Below are positions 1 through 13,410 of a stretch of 42,955 bases of DNA, piece by piece (position 1 is the first letter of the stretch; each line of letters opens with the position of its first letter). Position numbers and translations under genes: made by a program. The notes under the pieces are model-generated. The model saw only the letters and a list, made by a program, of their open reading frames with translations, had not been told where the DNA came from and did not search any database. Origin of the DNA: Octopus bimaculoides (Eukaryota); NCBI RefSeq assembly GCF_001194135.2, contig NC_068993.1:23527860-23570814 (forward strand), given 5' to 3'.

Positions 1-1114
1 TCTACGCTCTAAGGAATAGAGTCTTAAATTTTTCCCAATAGCTTATATGCTGCATAGAGGCTATCTTCTTCGTGTAGCTTCGTTGGATTGCCTCAAGTTC
101 TGAGATTAATTTGACACTGGTTGGTGACCATAGCTGAGAGCAATAGTCAAGGTGACATAGAACAAGTGTCTTCCAGAGCACCATCATGGTTTCCTGATCT
201 CTTGTTCTAAAATCCTTAGAATCCATCCGGTCAGTCGCCTGCATTTCATTGACAATTTAGCAACATGAACATGAAAGGATGCATTATTACTCATGTCGAT
301 GCCCAGGTCTCGCACTGTCTCTGCCTCTGGGATTGCAGTCCCTCCAGGTCCAATGTATTTAATTGGTTCTGCATTTAGTCTTGCATGCTGATAGCATAAG
401 GCTTGAAACTCTTTCACCATTAAACTGCATGTTATTCTTTTCAGCCCACTTGTATATTTCATCCAGCTCACATTGCAGGTGCATAGTGTATTCAGGGTTC
501 TGTATTACCTGTGAGACTTTTGTGTCATCTGCATAACTTGTGACCGTGGCTCTCTGTGTGGCTGAGGGCATGTCTGAGAGGGCCAGTATGAACAGTAGTG
601 GTCCCAAAACAGTGCCTGGCGGAACACCGCTCACTATTTGTGTGTCAATGGAGGAGGCCCCATTGGCTACTGTCACCTGACTTCTATCCTTCAGAAAGTC
701 ATGAAGCCATTCTCCCAATTTTCCAACTATGCCGAGATCACGCAGTTGTGACATATCATTCCATGATCGACTTTATCAAAGGCATTTGCAAAGTCGAGAT
801 ATATCACTTCCACATTTGAGTGGTTAAGTAGCTGTTTCAGCACCCAGTCATAGTGTTGGCAGAGCTGAGTCAGGCAGCTTCTTCCTGGTCGGAAACCATG
901 TTGGGTGTCAGGCAGCAAGTCATTTTCTTCAAGGAAGATGATTAGTTTTCTTCTGACTATTCGTTCCATGACCTTGCTGATGTGTGAGGTGAGAGAGATA
1001 GGTCTGTAGTTCTTGGCCTCCGCTCTGCTACCTCCTTTATGAATAGGGCATATTTTCCCCTCCTTCAGTTTTCTTGGGGGTTTGCCAGATGCAAGGAAGC
1101 TCTGAAAGAGGGAC
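1..1114 (-). mobile_element. CR1-clade LINE reverse transcriptase fragment, frameshifted, 5'-truncated, runs off the window start
   Basis: Consecutive minus-strand frames give the RT motifs CPIHKGGSRAEAKNYRPISLTSHISKVMERI, QHGFRPGRSCLTQL, IYLDFANAFDKVDH, SGVPPGTVLGPLLF, YADDTK, VRDLGI and HLDYCSQLWSP. Several frameshifts. Confidence 0.93.
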
Positions 1115-1238
1115 TGCAGTGGTCTATATATAAATTCAATTATATGAATGTCAATATATATATATATTTATGCATTTATATGTTATTTATATTATCATTT
1201 GATTGCACGCCACGCATCCATTTCCAAATAAGTTTATA

Positions 1239-1273
1239 CACACACACACAGACACACACACACACACACACAC

Positions 1274-1306
<33 letters not shown>

Positions 1307-1340
1307 CACATACACATACATACCAACATACACGCACGCA
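1239..1340. repeat. (CA)n microsatellite
   Basis: Interrupted CA run seen directly. Confidence 0.9.
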
Positions 1341-2075
1341 TGTATATACGGATATGTCTGTAGGCCTCCGTAATGTTAGAGTGTTTGTGCCTGTGTCGAT
1401 GTCTATATGTATATCAAATAAACATATAAAATAAAAACAACGATGTTAACTCCGCCAAGAATTGAAATTATTGTAAAATCTATTAAAAACAAATCAGAAT
1501 GTATGCTGTCGGTATGGAATCCCGCTTCAGTGATGACTTGAAAGAAAACACTTTTGAAAAGATAGAAGAATCTTTTAAACATCATTGCCTGTGTAACAAC
1601 GAGCAAAAAGTAGGCAACAAAAGTGATGGTGCACAAGGAGAAAGAATATAATTTTAGGAGCCTACAAATGACCATTCCAGTATCCACTGTTTAGTGACCG
1701 GTATCACAGCAGACCATGTATCCGAACACTAGAAGAAAATTAAAACATTTCAAATTGAATCGCAAACCAATGCAACTGCGAATATAAAATCATCGCTTTT
1801 CCATCTATTCCTCCACCTACTATTAAAAGAGTAATCTTCGCATTAGTGTTAGCGGATATCTTGAAATACATTGCTTTCCAACAAATTCTTTGCACTTTTT
1901 CATTTCGCTCTTTGCTCTTCACCGCCAATTGTTTCTCCTTTTACCTGCAACCTTTTTAGACATTTCTGTATACCTTTAATTTACAAAATACGTATATCGC
2001 AAGCTGACTTTAATCACACTATATCGGATTATTTTATATATACTCAGAGCACCACATGCAAAGATAAATGGACAT

Positions 2076-2076
<1 letters not shown>

Positions 2077-2120
<44 letters not shown>

Positions 2121-2131
2121 ACATACACACA

Positions 2132-2172
<41 letters not shown>
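2077..2172. repeat. (CA)n microsatellite
   Basis: Near-pure CA run. Confidence 0.95.
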
Positions 2173-2174
<2 letters not shown>

Positions 2175-2551
2175 GTGCACATATTATTTAACTTACACAA
2201 CATTTCTTTTTATGTGTTATTATTAGTTTCATGTGCTGAAAACATGTGAAATGTTTTATAACACGTCTTTTCTCGTTTATTTTTCACGCCTCATTTTGAT
2301 TTCCCAACTGTTGTTGGGACCCTTTCAGCTGCCTCCAGTTCCTTTTGAACGGGCACAACTAACGATAGGGTAACTTTTAAGAAGCGAGCTATACCTCTAT
2401 CACCAGGCTTCAATTTTAAGACACGATTACAGGGTGTCATGTATTTGCCGAATAAACCTGTTACTTGATATTATTTGTATGAAAAGTGAGTTAGAATGTT
2501 AGAAATTAACTAGAGCTCTTAAAAGAGTTGCCCTGAAAGATAGACAAGCCC

Positions 2552-2557
2552 TATATA

Positions 2558-2604
<47 letters not shown>

Positions 2605-3185
2605 NNNNNNNNNNNNNNNNNNNNNNNNNNNNNNNNNNNNNNNNNNNNNNNNNNNNNNNNNNNNNNNNNNNNNNNNNNNNNNNNNNNNNNNNNNNNNNNN
2701 NNNNNNNNNNNNNNNNNNNNNNNNNNNNNNNNNNNNNNNNNNNNNNNNNNNNNNNNNNNNNNNNNNNNNNNNNNNNNNNNNNNNNNNNNNNNNNNNNNNN
2801 NNNNNNNNNNNNNNNNNNNNNNNNNNNNNNNNNNNNNNNNNNNNNNNNNNNNNNNNNNNNNNNNNNNNNNNNNNNNNNNNNNNNNNNNNNNNNNNNNNNN
2901 NNNNNNNNNNNNNNNNNNNNNNNNNNNNNNNNNNNNNNNNNNNNNNNNNNNNNNNNNNNNNNNNNNNNNNNNNNNNNNNNNNNNNNNNNNNNNNNNNNNN
3001 NNNNNNNNNNNNNNNNNNNNNNNNNNNNNNNNNNNNNNNNNNNNNNNNNNNNNNNNNNNNNNNNNNNNNNNNNNNNNNNNNNNNNNNNNNNNNNNNNNNN
3101 NNNNNNNNNNNNNNNNNNNNNNNNNNNNNNNNNNNNNNNNNNNNNNNNNNNNNNNNNNGAGAGAGAGAGAGAGAGAGAGAGAGAG
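2552..3185. repeat. (TA)n / N-gap 2605-3158 / (GA)n
   Basis: Simple repeats flank an assembly gap. Confidence 0.9.
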
Positions 3186-4204
3186 CGGTAATATTTATTC
3201 TTATTTAAATGTGAATGTTCTGTTCGAACAAAATTTACTCAGTAGACAGAATGAGAGGAAATCCCATATAAGGATTTGATGCAAAATGCAAGATTGTTTA
3301 TAAAACTAGCGGAGAGATAAAAGCCCTCGAACTCAAGTCTCATAAGCACCAGTTTACGTGATTTTGAGCATCTTTGATCTCACCGATAATTGACGCTTCA
3401 CCGCTAGAGGTAGTTGCGACTCATCTCCCTGCCAGCGATATACAGAAAATCAGAGCTTGAACAGGCACATGTGTTGCAATTACCCAGTGATGTTGTCAAA
3501 AAATATTTATTGGTGACAAATCATTTTCTTTTCGTAAAGCGATCTTAATGGTGTTGTTTTTTTCTGGAGAGTCATTTTGTCTCTATGCCTTATTAAATAC
3601 GACACTCACCTGTTCGATCTCCACCCAGTTTGTTTATATATTTATTTGTTTTTCTTCCAGATCTTAAAGTATACGTTTATCGCTGATGCTTTTTGAAAGT
3701 GAACATGATGATTACGTGCAACAAGAATATTTTTTCTTTACAGAAACCATATTTTTAAAACATTCTATAACATTCACATACACGTTGAACAACATTATAT
3801 CTATGGCATTACGTCAGTTGAGATTTTTTTCTTTCTTAACATGTAAATGTAAGACATAAAATAAAATACGAACTTACGTTGAACTTACTGCATCCGACAT
3901 TATTCCGGATAGTAATTTGCAATGTGCTCCGTTCGTTTAATAAACATCATTATTTCTGTGCAACGACCACGACCAAGTTATTGAAAGATTTAAAATGTGA
4001 CATTCTATTTCTGGATAACAACACAAATATAAATTTTGATCAATATATTGGCAATGTCAAACATTGAAAGTCTATCTTCAATATTTATTAAATTTTCTCC
4101 TTTGTTATTATTATCGCTATGAAGAAACATTCGGAGAAGGACAGGAAACAGAAATTATGAGTACACCCCCACACCGCACACATATACACACAAACAAATC
4201 TCTT

Positions 4205-4247
<43 letters not shown>

Positions 4248-4566
4248 ATCGATCTATCTATCTATCTATATATATATATAAACTTATTTGGAAATGGATG
4301 CGTGGCTTTCAATCAAATAATATATTATCGAACTGAGGGTTTAACTACGGTCCTCCTATAGCATTTACATACCCTTACCTGCTAACTTGGGTCTTCTGTA
4401 TACCAATAACTCTTATATATATATATATATATNNNNNNNNNNNNNNNNNNNNNNNNNNNNNNNNNNNNNNNNNNNNNNNNNNNNNNNNNNNNNNNNNNNN
4501 NNNNNNNNNNNNNNNNNNNNNNNNNNNNNNNNNNNNNNNNNNNNNNNNNNNNNNNNNNNNNNNNNN

Positions 4567-4618
<52 letters not shown>

Positions 4619-6294
4619 TGTGTGTGTCTGTGTGTGTGTGTGTATAAACTTATTTGGAAATGGATGCGTGACGTGTGTGTTTGTGTGTGACTACATACAT
4701 ACAAGAATATATAGCAGGTGGCATCAAGTCTGATCACGTATATTACATAATATTCTGTTGAAAATTAGAAATGAATACATAAATCATGCTCAACGATTAT
4801 TTTGCGTAGAAGACTATGAAAGCTAAATGAGAAGCATGAATTTGTCGACAGCCATTTTGACTGCGTAAAAGATTATTCAGTTCGTCCAGCCTGGCTTAAA
4901 TTGCATAATGAAACACATTTTTAATCTTCCTGTATGTTGTAGAAAGTTAAGTCACAAGACGACAGGGCAAAGAGAAAAGTGGTGAGACTGTAGTGACATT
5001 TGTATTTCTAGTGTAAAACATACATTTAGAATAATTTCTCTTAATTCCTTTTCAGGATGATGTTTTATGTAAATAATTGTTTATTCAAGTGAAAAGATCT
5101 GCATGTTTAGATGATATCAGCAAATTGTTATCTAAAGAATTCATCAAGTTAAGCATTTATTCTTCTGCCAATGATTCTGTGAGTTTAAGAAAAGTGTTGT
5201 CTTTGTAATGATACGTGATCAAACATAGTTTATCAACTGTGACACAAAATACATGCCTGTTTAACATCTTTTTCGGTGACCATTATTCTTTTTATTTGTT
5301 TCATTATTATTAACTTGTTTGCAATGTAATCAGAAAGTTGTCTGCGGGCAGAAACTCGGACATTGAGAGATTAAATCATCATAATATAACGAAAACTGAC
5401 AATAAGATAACCCAGAGAAATATATGGAAATCAAAACATTGAAATTTCATTCCATTTTGTAAAAGAAAAGTATGGTATGTTGAAAACTGAAGACAAATTT
5501 CTGATACGATAACTAACCATAGAATTGATTCCATTGCATTAAAGCGTTACGAAAATATACAATAGTATAACATCCGTTGGGATGAATAAAACGTCTGATT
5601 CAGCTGGAAAAGAGGCATTTTTAGATCTGAAATATGATCTAATTTACGTTCTATTTAGGATGTCTTACTGTTGCAAAAATTTGAAACTAGGACTGAGAAA
5701 CGTTCTTATAAGCTCAAGTCAGAAAAATACAAACTGTAACATATTTATACGCATGCATACATACATTCATATATACATACATACATACATACATACATAC
5801 ATGTGTAAAATCTTATATGATTGAAATATGATAAGCAGCAAGTTTGCTCGAAACCAAGCTGCACATCACAGTATGAATGGGGATACGTTCAAGGTAATCA
5901 ATGCTCCTCTCCAGGAAGAACTAGTGTCTTTCTAGGGAAAGGCATCAACAGCTCAACCAACACACCAACTCAACCACTCAGTCACTTACAAACAAATGAG
6001 TTATAATGTTTTGTTTGCGAACGGCTTGAACTCTCTTAAGAACCTTAAAAAGCCAAGAAAGCATGCATATACAAGCATACACATCTATATCTCTATCATC
6101 ATATATTCATTTTATATGTATGTGTGTATGTATGTATATATNNNNNNNNNNATATATATACACATCTAAACATACACTGATATTTATACGTGTATATATG
6201 TATATTTTGTATATGTCAATATATATATGCGTGTATCTATATGTATGAATGTGTGTATATATACATATACATCTATGATATAATAAAAAGGAAG

Positions 6295-6330
<36 letters not shown>

Positions 6331-6798
6331 AGGCCTCTTTTTCTTGATCCACCTTAAAATCAGTATTTTTCATTCGATTTCGTTTACGCTGGTAACATAT
6401 ATCGCTTACGTCACAGAGTTCGTCATAACGACTTCCAATTTTCCACGTGATGCTTAATGCCATCCCTAGGGGACGAAAACACTTCATAGGTAAATAACAA
6501 ATGCCAACGACCGTTGCTTCAAGGGACATTACTCTTGAAGACGTAGTTATGCTACTTCCACTTCGTCTTCTACTATTTCCATTTACGATTTCCATTCACT
6601 GCAAACCACCGATATTTGCACATTATCATTTACTTGAGGTAGCCATGAAATTTAAATCAACATTAAATTATTTTTAAATGCCTTCAGAAATTAATCCATA
6701 TTATATATATTCTCTGCTTTCACTAATAGAAAGTTGTTACTTTTATTACAAATTTTACAATACCCATTCACTGCAAACTGCTGTTATTTGCAGGTTAG

Positions 6799-7077
6799 CA
6801 CAGGGCTGTTCTTGCACCTACAAATGCAGCTGTGACCACTCTTAACTACATGTTACTCAGTCAGCCATCTGCTCAAGATCGTTGTTACAGATCAGTTGAC
6901 ACCATTACCGACCTCGAGTACACACTCTTCAACAGAATTTCTAAGCTCCTAACATCATCCAGGAATCTCGCCCCATGAAATCCACTTAAAATCGGTTGCC
7001 CTGTCACCCTCCTACGCAATCTACACGCAGCGACACTTTGCAATGGAACGCGCCTTGTGGTCAACCATATGATATAA
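6799..7077 (+). mobile_element. Helitron PIF1-like helicase relic (C-terminal half motifs)
   Basis: Across frameshifts it reads HRAVLAPTNAAVTTLNYMLL...STEFLSS*...PGISPHEIHLK / IGCPVTLLRNLHAATLCNGTRLVV. This matches the Helitron helicase motifs RAILAPTN, PTEFLNSL..SGLPPH.L.LK and VG.PVMLLRNL...LCNGTRL. Confidence 0.82.
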
Positions 7078-7749
7078 TATGTAAATTTTTAATTTAAATA
7101 TGGAAATGAGTAAAAAGTTAGTAAAAATTTAACCTCGGTAAAACTTAAATTTAAATTGGCAACACAGACAAAGGTTTTCTTAAAATCGAAAGTAAAATAT
7201 GAAGGCGAAATATGTACCAGCATTGTTATACTAAAATATATCTATATTTTAGGTGTAAAAGCCAAATTCAACTTCGCAATCCAAAAAGATGCTTCACAAG
7301 TCAAGAAATTACCAAGATTCAACCAAATCAAAAAATAAACCGAAATACTAAACGAACAAAGACGAACCATCCCACTTCCATTGCATGCGCACACGTACAC
7401 ACACACACAAACACACGCACACGTGCGCACACACATTCACATATCCCCCTTTTACGTACACACACATATATTCACACAGAGTTGAAACACTGTTTGATTT
7501 ATTTTTCAGCGTACAATTTTCATCATCCCACTACCAAGTATGACATCACCCCTTTCTTTCTCATTCATAAACACACGAGTATTATTTTAGTAGATTATAT
7601 CAGTAACCATGGGAGCTATGAAAAAAATACAAAGCGCAACATCACCACCAGATCATTCTACACATCTGTGTAATTTTTAGCGCAATTCCACCCTGCCCTA
7701 AGACCCTGAATCCCAAAATAAGAAAGAATCGCCCATGTCATTTTTCTAT

Positions 7750-7784
<35 letters not shown>

Positions 7785-8404
7785 NNNNNNNNNNNNNNNN
7801 NNNNNNNNNNNNNNNNNNNNNNNNNNNNNNNNNNNNNNNNNNNNNNNNNNNNNNNNNNNNNNNNNNNNNNNNNNNNNNNNNNNNNNNNNNNNNNNNNNNN
7901 NNNNNNNNNNNNNNNNNNNNNNNNNNNNNNNNNNNNNNNNNNNNNNNNNNNNNNNNNNNNNNNNNNNNNNNNNNNNNNNNNNNNNNNNNNNNNNNNNNNN
8001 NNNNNNNNNNNNNNNNNNNNNNNNNNNNNNNNNNNNNNNNNNNNNNNNNNNNNNNNNNNNNNNNNNNNNNNNNNNNNNNNNNNNNNNNNNNNNNNNNNNN
8101 NNNNNNNNNNNNNNNNNNNNNNNNNNNNNNNNNNNNNNNNNNNNNNNNNNNNNNNNNNNNNNNNNNNNNNNNNNNNNNNNNNNNNNNNNNNNNNNNNNNN
8201 NNNNNNNNNNNNNNNNNNNNNNNNNNNNNNNNNNNNNNNNNNNNNNNNNNNNNNNNNNNNNNNNNNNNNNNNNNNNNNNNNNNNNNNNNNNNNNNNNNNN
8301 NNNNNNNNNNNNNNNNNNNNNNNNNNNNNNNNNNNNNNTATGTATATATGTATGTATGTATGTGTGCATGTATGTATGTGTGTATGTATGCGTGTATGTA
8401 GGTA

Positions 8405-8459
<55 letters not shown>

Positions 8460-9110
8460 AGTTACATTCATAGATTTTTATTTTGTATGTTCTTTCCTGA
8501 ATGATGAAAAACTGCTTACATAGATTTTCAATGACAGCTAACCGGCAAATAAATATTATTGGTTAAAGCTTGCTTTGCAATCAGTTTCAGGAACAATTTT
8601 CATCAAATTTAACTTCTATTGGAAGACACTGTTTCTTCGGAAAGCGAAATACATTTACTTTAAATTGAAATATAAAGATGTAAGACGTTTAGACACATGA
8701 CTCTACAAACTATTGTGGCTTGTTCTTTTATTGGATTCATACATTGGCCTCAGTTTAGTCAATCAAATCTTAATTTTCCTGCTAGATTTTAATTTTTATA
8801 TAGGATCATAGATTTTGTACTATCTACCTAGTGACATGGGTCAGTCCATCTTATAAATACGTAAACTTCCTTTAAAAAATAATCTCATCTTAAAACGCAT
8901 TTCATTTCTAAATACTTCTCGGTGACTGTCAAAATAAAATACAATAAAATATATGAATGCACATTGACAACTTTGCAATTTGGTTTTCATTTTGAAGATG
9001 GTGTGGGAATATCTTTTTAAAAAATCGGTTTCAAATATCTATTTTAGATATTTGCATTCCCTTTATTAACTTATATTGTTTAAGATCGAATTTTTTGTCT
9101 TTTTTAAAAG

Positions 9111-9246
9111 GTACATTTTTTTACATTATTTACATTCGACGGATATTTCTCCTCATCTTGTTTGTTGTTAACACAACGTCTCGGCTGATATACCCTCCAG
9201 CCGCCTTCAGGTGTCTTGGGAAATTTCGAACCTGGGTTCTCATTCC
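9111..9246 (-). mobile_element. Penelope-like element 3' tail (pLTR) copy B, left arm of an inverted pair
   Basis: The reverse complement (ggaatgagaacccaggttcgaaatttcccaagacacctgaagg...gttgtgttaacaacaaacaagatgagg) matches the tails at 9265, 24027 and 34000. Confidence 0.8.
9170..9215 (-). ncRNA. Degenerate minimal type I hammerhead ribozyme (copy B)
   Basis: Reverse complement: gacac-ctgaaggc-ggctg/gagggtatat/cagcc-gagac-gtt-gtgtt. Helices I and II are intact; the core carries substitutions. Confidence 0.55.
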
Positions 9247-9264
9247 TAACGTTCTCATTCTTTG

Positions 9265-9428
9265 GGAATGAGAACCCAGGTTCGAAATTTCCCCAAGACA
9301 CCTGAAGGAGACGGGAGGGTATATCAGCCGAAACGTTGTGTTAACAACAAAGATGAGGACAAATATGCGTCAAATGTAAATAATGTAAATAATGTACATA
9401 ATTTCCTCATCTCTTGAATAGAACTGTA
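9265..9428 (+). mobile_element. Penelope-like element 3' tail (pLTR) copy A, right arm of an inverted pair
   Basis: Same tail as the one following the GIY-YIG ORF at 33400-34118; ends atttcctcatctcttgaatagaactg like copy D. Confidence 0.8.
9297..9342 (+). ncRNA. Degenerate minimal type I hammerhead ribozyme (copy A)
   Basis: gacac-ctgaagga-gacgg/gagggtatat/cagcc-gaaac-gtt-gtgtt. GAAAC is intact; the core and helix II 5' strand are mutated. Confidence 0.55.
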
Positions 9429-9684
9429 TCTTTAAAATATATTTCAAAGTTAACTTACGATAGTCAGTTGAAGCGCACAATTTTGTTCGTGGAAACGGTT
9501 AGCTGCTAGTATCAACAAAAAGTATACATGAAAGTTAATGTGTTTGAATAAATTTTATGGCGCGATGAAATAAAAAGAATCTAGTTTACTGGACTGAGAC
9601 TTCATTAGGTGAAAGCGATATGATATCTTATGTTTGCCTGCGCAGATATGAGATCAGGATGAAGAACAGGATATAACAGTGTAT

Positions 9685-10390
9685 GTTTGGACGCTTGAAG
9701 CTATAGACAAGTTTGAAAATGCAATCTCACTAAGAACGTACAAAGCTACTGAACGTTGGAAAACGCCAATACTCTCCAAGTGGTATATCTCTTCTGATAC
9801 TAAAGTGAAGATTTATATAACGCTTGTGTTGCCCTCCCTGTTGTATGCTTGTGAGACGTGGATAAACTACGGAAAGCATCTACCATCATCAGTGTCTATG
9901 TCATATCTTGGTCCTGCATTGGAAAATATATGTGAGTGATGTTGTTGTCCTTGAAATAAGTCATTGCGGAAGTGCTGAGTCAATCATTTTGCATTACCGG
10001 TTCTGCTCGATGATCCTCTTAATGAGAACTGAAGTCTGCAGGACTTCGAAGCAACTTCTGTATGTTGAGCAGAGGAATGAGGAGTATCTACCTTATAAAT
10101 ATAAGATGAGGTTCAAAGGTTGAAAATAGACCGGGTAGAAACTACACCAGATTGGGCAAGATGAAGGAAAGCAGCATATGGTGGAAGTGACAATTTCAAA
10201 ATAGCTTAGGAAATAATGAAAGTTGAAGAGCGAAGCTAGAAAGTGTGTGGATATGGTATTTCCTGGGTGTGGGTACCCAGAATAGGCTTACACTCGATGA
10301 GTATCGGAGAGTCTTCTTAAGCAGAATGGATGCGAAAAGCCACATTTGGAGAGTTGACTTCAATTGGACTACACACAGCACATAACACAA
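9685..10390 (+). mobile_element. RTE (BovB-like) LINE 3' relic
   Basis: SSDTKVKIYITLVLPSLLYACETW, HWKIYVSDVVVLE and KQLLY...MRFKG resemble the RTE thumb/C-terminal motifs TKIKVY...LLYGCETW, W.D...N..VL and KQLLYGEL...R.KD. Heavily deleted. Confidence 0.7.
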
Positions 10391-10872
10391 TGGCATTAAT
10401 CTGGCAAGGTGTACTTAATAACTGGAGGCTTGAAACGACAAATGAAAGGGCATGATGACCAAGTGAATCCAGTTCGGGATAATCATGTATGTAACATCTG
10501 TGCCAAAGAAAATAGGTGTGCTACTCATACATGAGACAGATTTGGAAATGCATCAATCCATGGCTATACTCGAGAACAAGGAAGCACACATCATATTTCT
10601 ATGTACGTACATATGTATGGATATGTACGTACGTAAACGTGTGTGCATCGTTTATTATTTTACATGCGTCTGTCATTGAGGTGTGGCCATACTGGGTTCC
10701 AAGGATCGGAGAATTTAGTCGAACAACTAGACACCCAGTATGCATTTTGATAGCCGCCACACTACGTTAAGGTGACATCAGGAATGCAACAGCATTAGCG
10801 AAACGTTGGCGGGAGTACATAAAGAGAAAGTCACAATGTGCATTCATGCATATATATACACACACACACACA

Positions 10873-10912
<40 letters not shown>

Positions 10913-10922
10913 NNNNNNNNNN

Positions 10923-10969
<47 letters not shown>

Positions 10970-12149
10970 ATCAGTGTTTAGTATTTTACAGACAAGCAAG
11001 TAAATTTAAAACGCAGTAAATTTGTAAGAACAGCAGATAAAAATTGAGTAGTTAGCCTTATATGACAAAAAAATAAAAAAATAAAATTGCCACCAGTTGG
11101 CTACGAGAGTCGAAACAGTATCAGCAGAGTGCTGTGTGAGTGCTCTAACATGAGGCTAAAACATTCCTGACAACAACAGAGGGCCAATTTTAAAGCTAAA
11201 TAATAACTTTTCGAATGTGACGCCATTTTATAATCAAACATTGGAAACGTCGAATGTATTTGGTATTTTGCAGACAAGAAAGTAAATATCAAATGTAGTA
11301 AAGCTGTAAGAACTGTAGAGAAAGACTGAACGTCTACCCTTTCAAGACGGGCATAAGTTGCCAGCAAGCGGGTACGGTAGTCGAACTTGTATCCCTCAGA
11401 TACCGATGGATATATATGCACACACAAACACACACACGTACACACAAACGCGCGCACACACACAGTCACACACACACACACACACACACGCACACACACA
11501 CACACAATATGGTATTATTTCGTACATAGAATATATTAAATATCTGTATCTGAGAGATAGAAAGAGGGGGAGAGAGTGAGAAAGAAAGGAATAAAGGAAA
11601 CGCGAGTTTCCAAACTTTTGTCAATTAATGATGGAGTACACAGCTGGTTATGCGCATTTTTATAGTCATGATAATTATTACTCCCATTGCAGCACTGCAA
11701 TTTCAGAGGTCATTTTACCTCCTGTCTTCAGTCACAGTATTTCTATGATTATCTACATTATAGGCTGCTGCTGCTGCTGCCGCATAGATTGTAGTCAATA
11801 TTGATATGAATATTTTGAGTTTGCATAGCGGTATATTTTATCATTACTGTCATTTCTTTTATTTTAGTATACATTTTACCCGTGCTCAATTATTATGTGA
11901 TGATAGCTCACTGTCATACTTGTCCTTAATTTATTCTTTGTTATCAATCCAATGTGTTCCATCAATTATCTTGAATAGTATTACAATCGGGAATTAGGCA
12001 TATTTCACTGCTGCTGTGAAGATAACTTTTATTATACCTTAGTCCTTAGAAAATTTTAGTTTCATGAAATCAACGTAAATAGAATATGAAACATACAAAA
12101 CAGAGCTGAAAATGATCAATACTTATGATATAACTGTTACTATAGTGTC

Positions 12150-12460
12150 GAAACACTATGGATACAATTGTGGGGTTGTCAACTGCCTTCATCGATTTCA
12201 AGAAGGTATGCAATAATTGGCAACAGGTTTAATGGAATATCATTAACGGCAATTATCTGTTAGTTGCAGCATGTAGCGCAATACACAATACTCTGCTCAT
12301 TATCAAGCACTTATGCGTCGGATGGCACAGATAAGAAACAATACAAACCGACAAAATAACTAATTCGATGGTGATATGATGTTGTGGATACAATCGTATA
12401 CACGACTTCATGGCCAATGAATTTCTATTCATGCATTTGTCGATGACTCGGTGACTTGCG
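12150..12460 (+). mobile_element. Highly decayed LINE (RTE-like) RT relic
   Basis: TAFIDFKKV (cf. AFIDFKKAFD) at about 12180-12208, followed by SIHAFVDDSV (cf. F/YADD) at about 12425-12455. Confidence 0.4.
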
Positions 12461-12929
12461 AAGTGTGTAATCTAGATGCAATGAGTGTACGTGATGGCTC
12501 CCACATATTCAGTACTCTTATATGTGTGTGCATGTGTTCGTGCGTGTTTATTAATGTGTATGTGCTTGTGTATGTGCCTGCGTGCGTGTCTGTGTATGTG
12601 TTCGCGGGCGCACGTACGTACATATATGCACACAAATATTACGAGTGTAGCGAGCATGAGCATAATTTCTTTTTTGCATTTGACGTAGTTCATTCAAATA
12701 CAAGAGAACAATTCCTTCAAATAATGCTACTACTCAACAAAATAACAATCACATCCAATGCATTTGAACTCATTATTGAAATCATCTTTAGAAATAACAA
12801 GATGTTACTGTACCATCATCTTCTCGGCCACTTTGAGCTAGCCTATGGTACCAGATCATTTGTACCCGAAGTATAGAACAGGTTTGAACAGTTGGATGCC
12901 CCCACCACCCAGTTGCATGCTGTATGATT

Positions 12930-13410
12930 AATAGGGTACCCCTGCCCAACTCATTTTACTGATTGCCTAATTTGTTTCAAAAGGTTTGTGCTCCAGAATT
13001 GCCAAGGTGAACGTGGATAATTTTCAGATTCTTGGTCGGCTTATTCGCCATTATAGTTTTTCTAAGACTTTCAGTGTTTCATCTTACCATTTGCTGTTCA
13101 CGATCAAAGGAATTTATATACTTTTCAACGCCGCTCCGCTAAACAATCAGTCATCATGTACTTCTGTACGTATCGCTGTCTCTTGAATGTTGTAGAACAA
13201 GCGTATCACTATTCCATGGACTGAAATTCGTTTTCATATCATAATTATACAGACACAGTCTCTTCGTTGCTGACAGATTCTTAAGAAAATATACTTTCAT
13301 TGTTTCAAATCGTTTGTAGCAGATCAGAAGAAATTTCCACACACCTCACTTTCTAGAGCGGTTTCAAAGCCGAGATTTCCAATTTTCCACAGATTTTCAG
13401 ATGCGCAAAC
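12930..13410 (-). mobile_element. Decayed mariner-type transposase relic
   Basis: Minus-strand frames give KVRCVEISSDLLQ, FLKN..SNEET (cf. FLxRIVTGDET), YNYDMKTN/QSME* (cf. YDPETKxQSMEW), TFKRQ...KYMM and IIHVHLGNSGAQT (cf. ILLHDNARPHT), in colinear order. Confidence 0.55.

Noticed and set aside
1498-1667. Stop-free plus frame MESRFSDDLKENTFEKIEESFKHHCLCNNEQK...
   Set aside because: Short, no recognisable domain and no polypyrimidine acceptor; cannot be supported as an exon.
12146-12205. Apparent 60-nt AG...GT exon
   Set aside because: Its open frame ends in AFIDFKK, better explained as a LINE RT relic.
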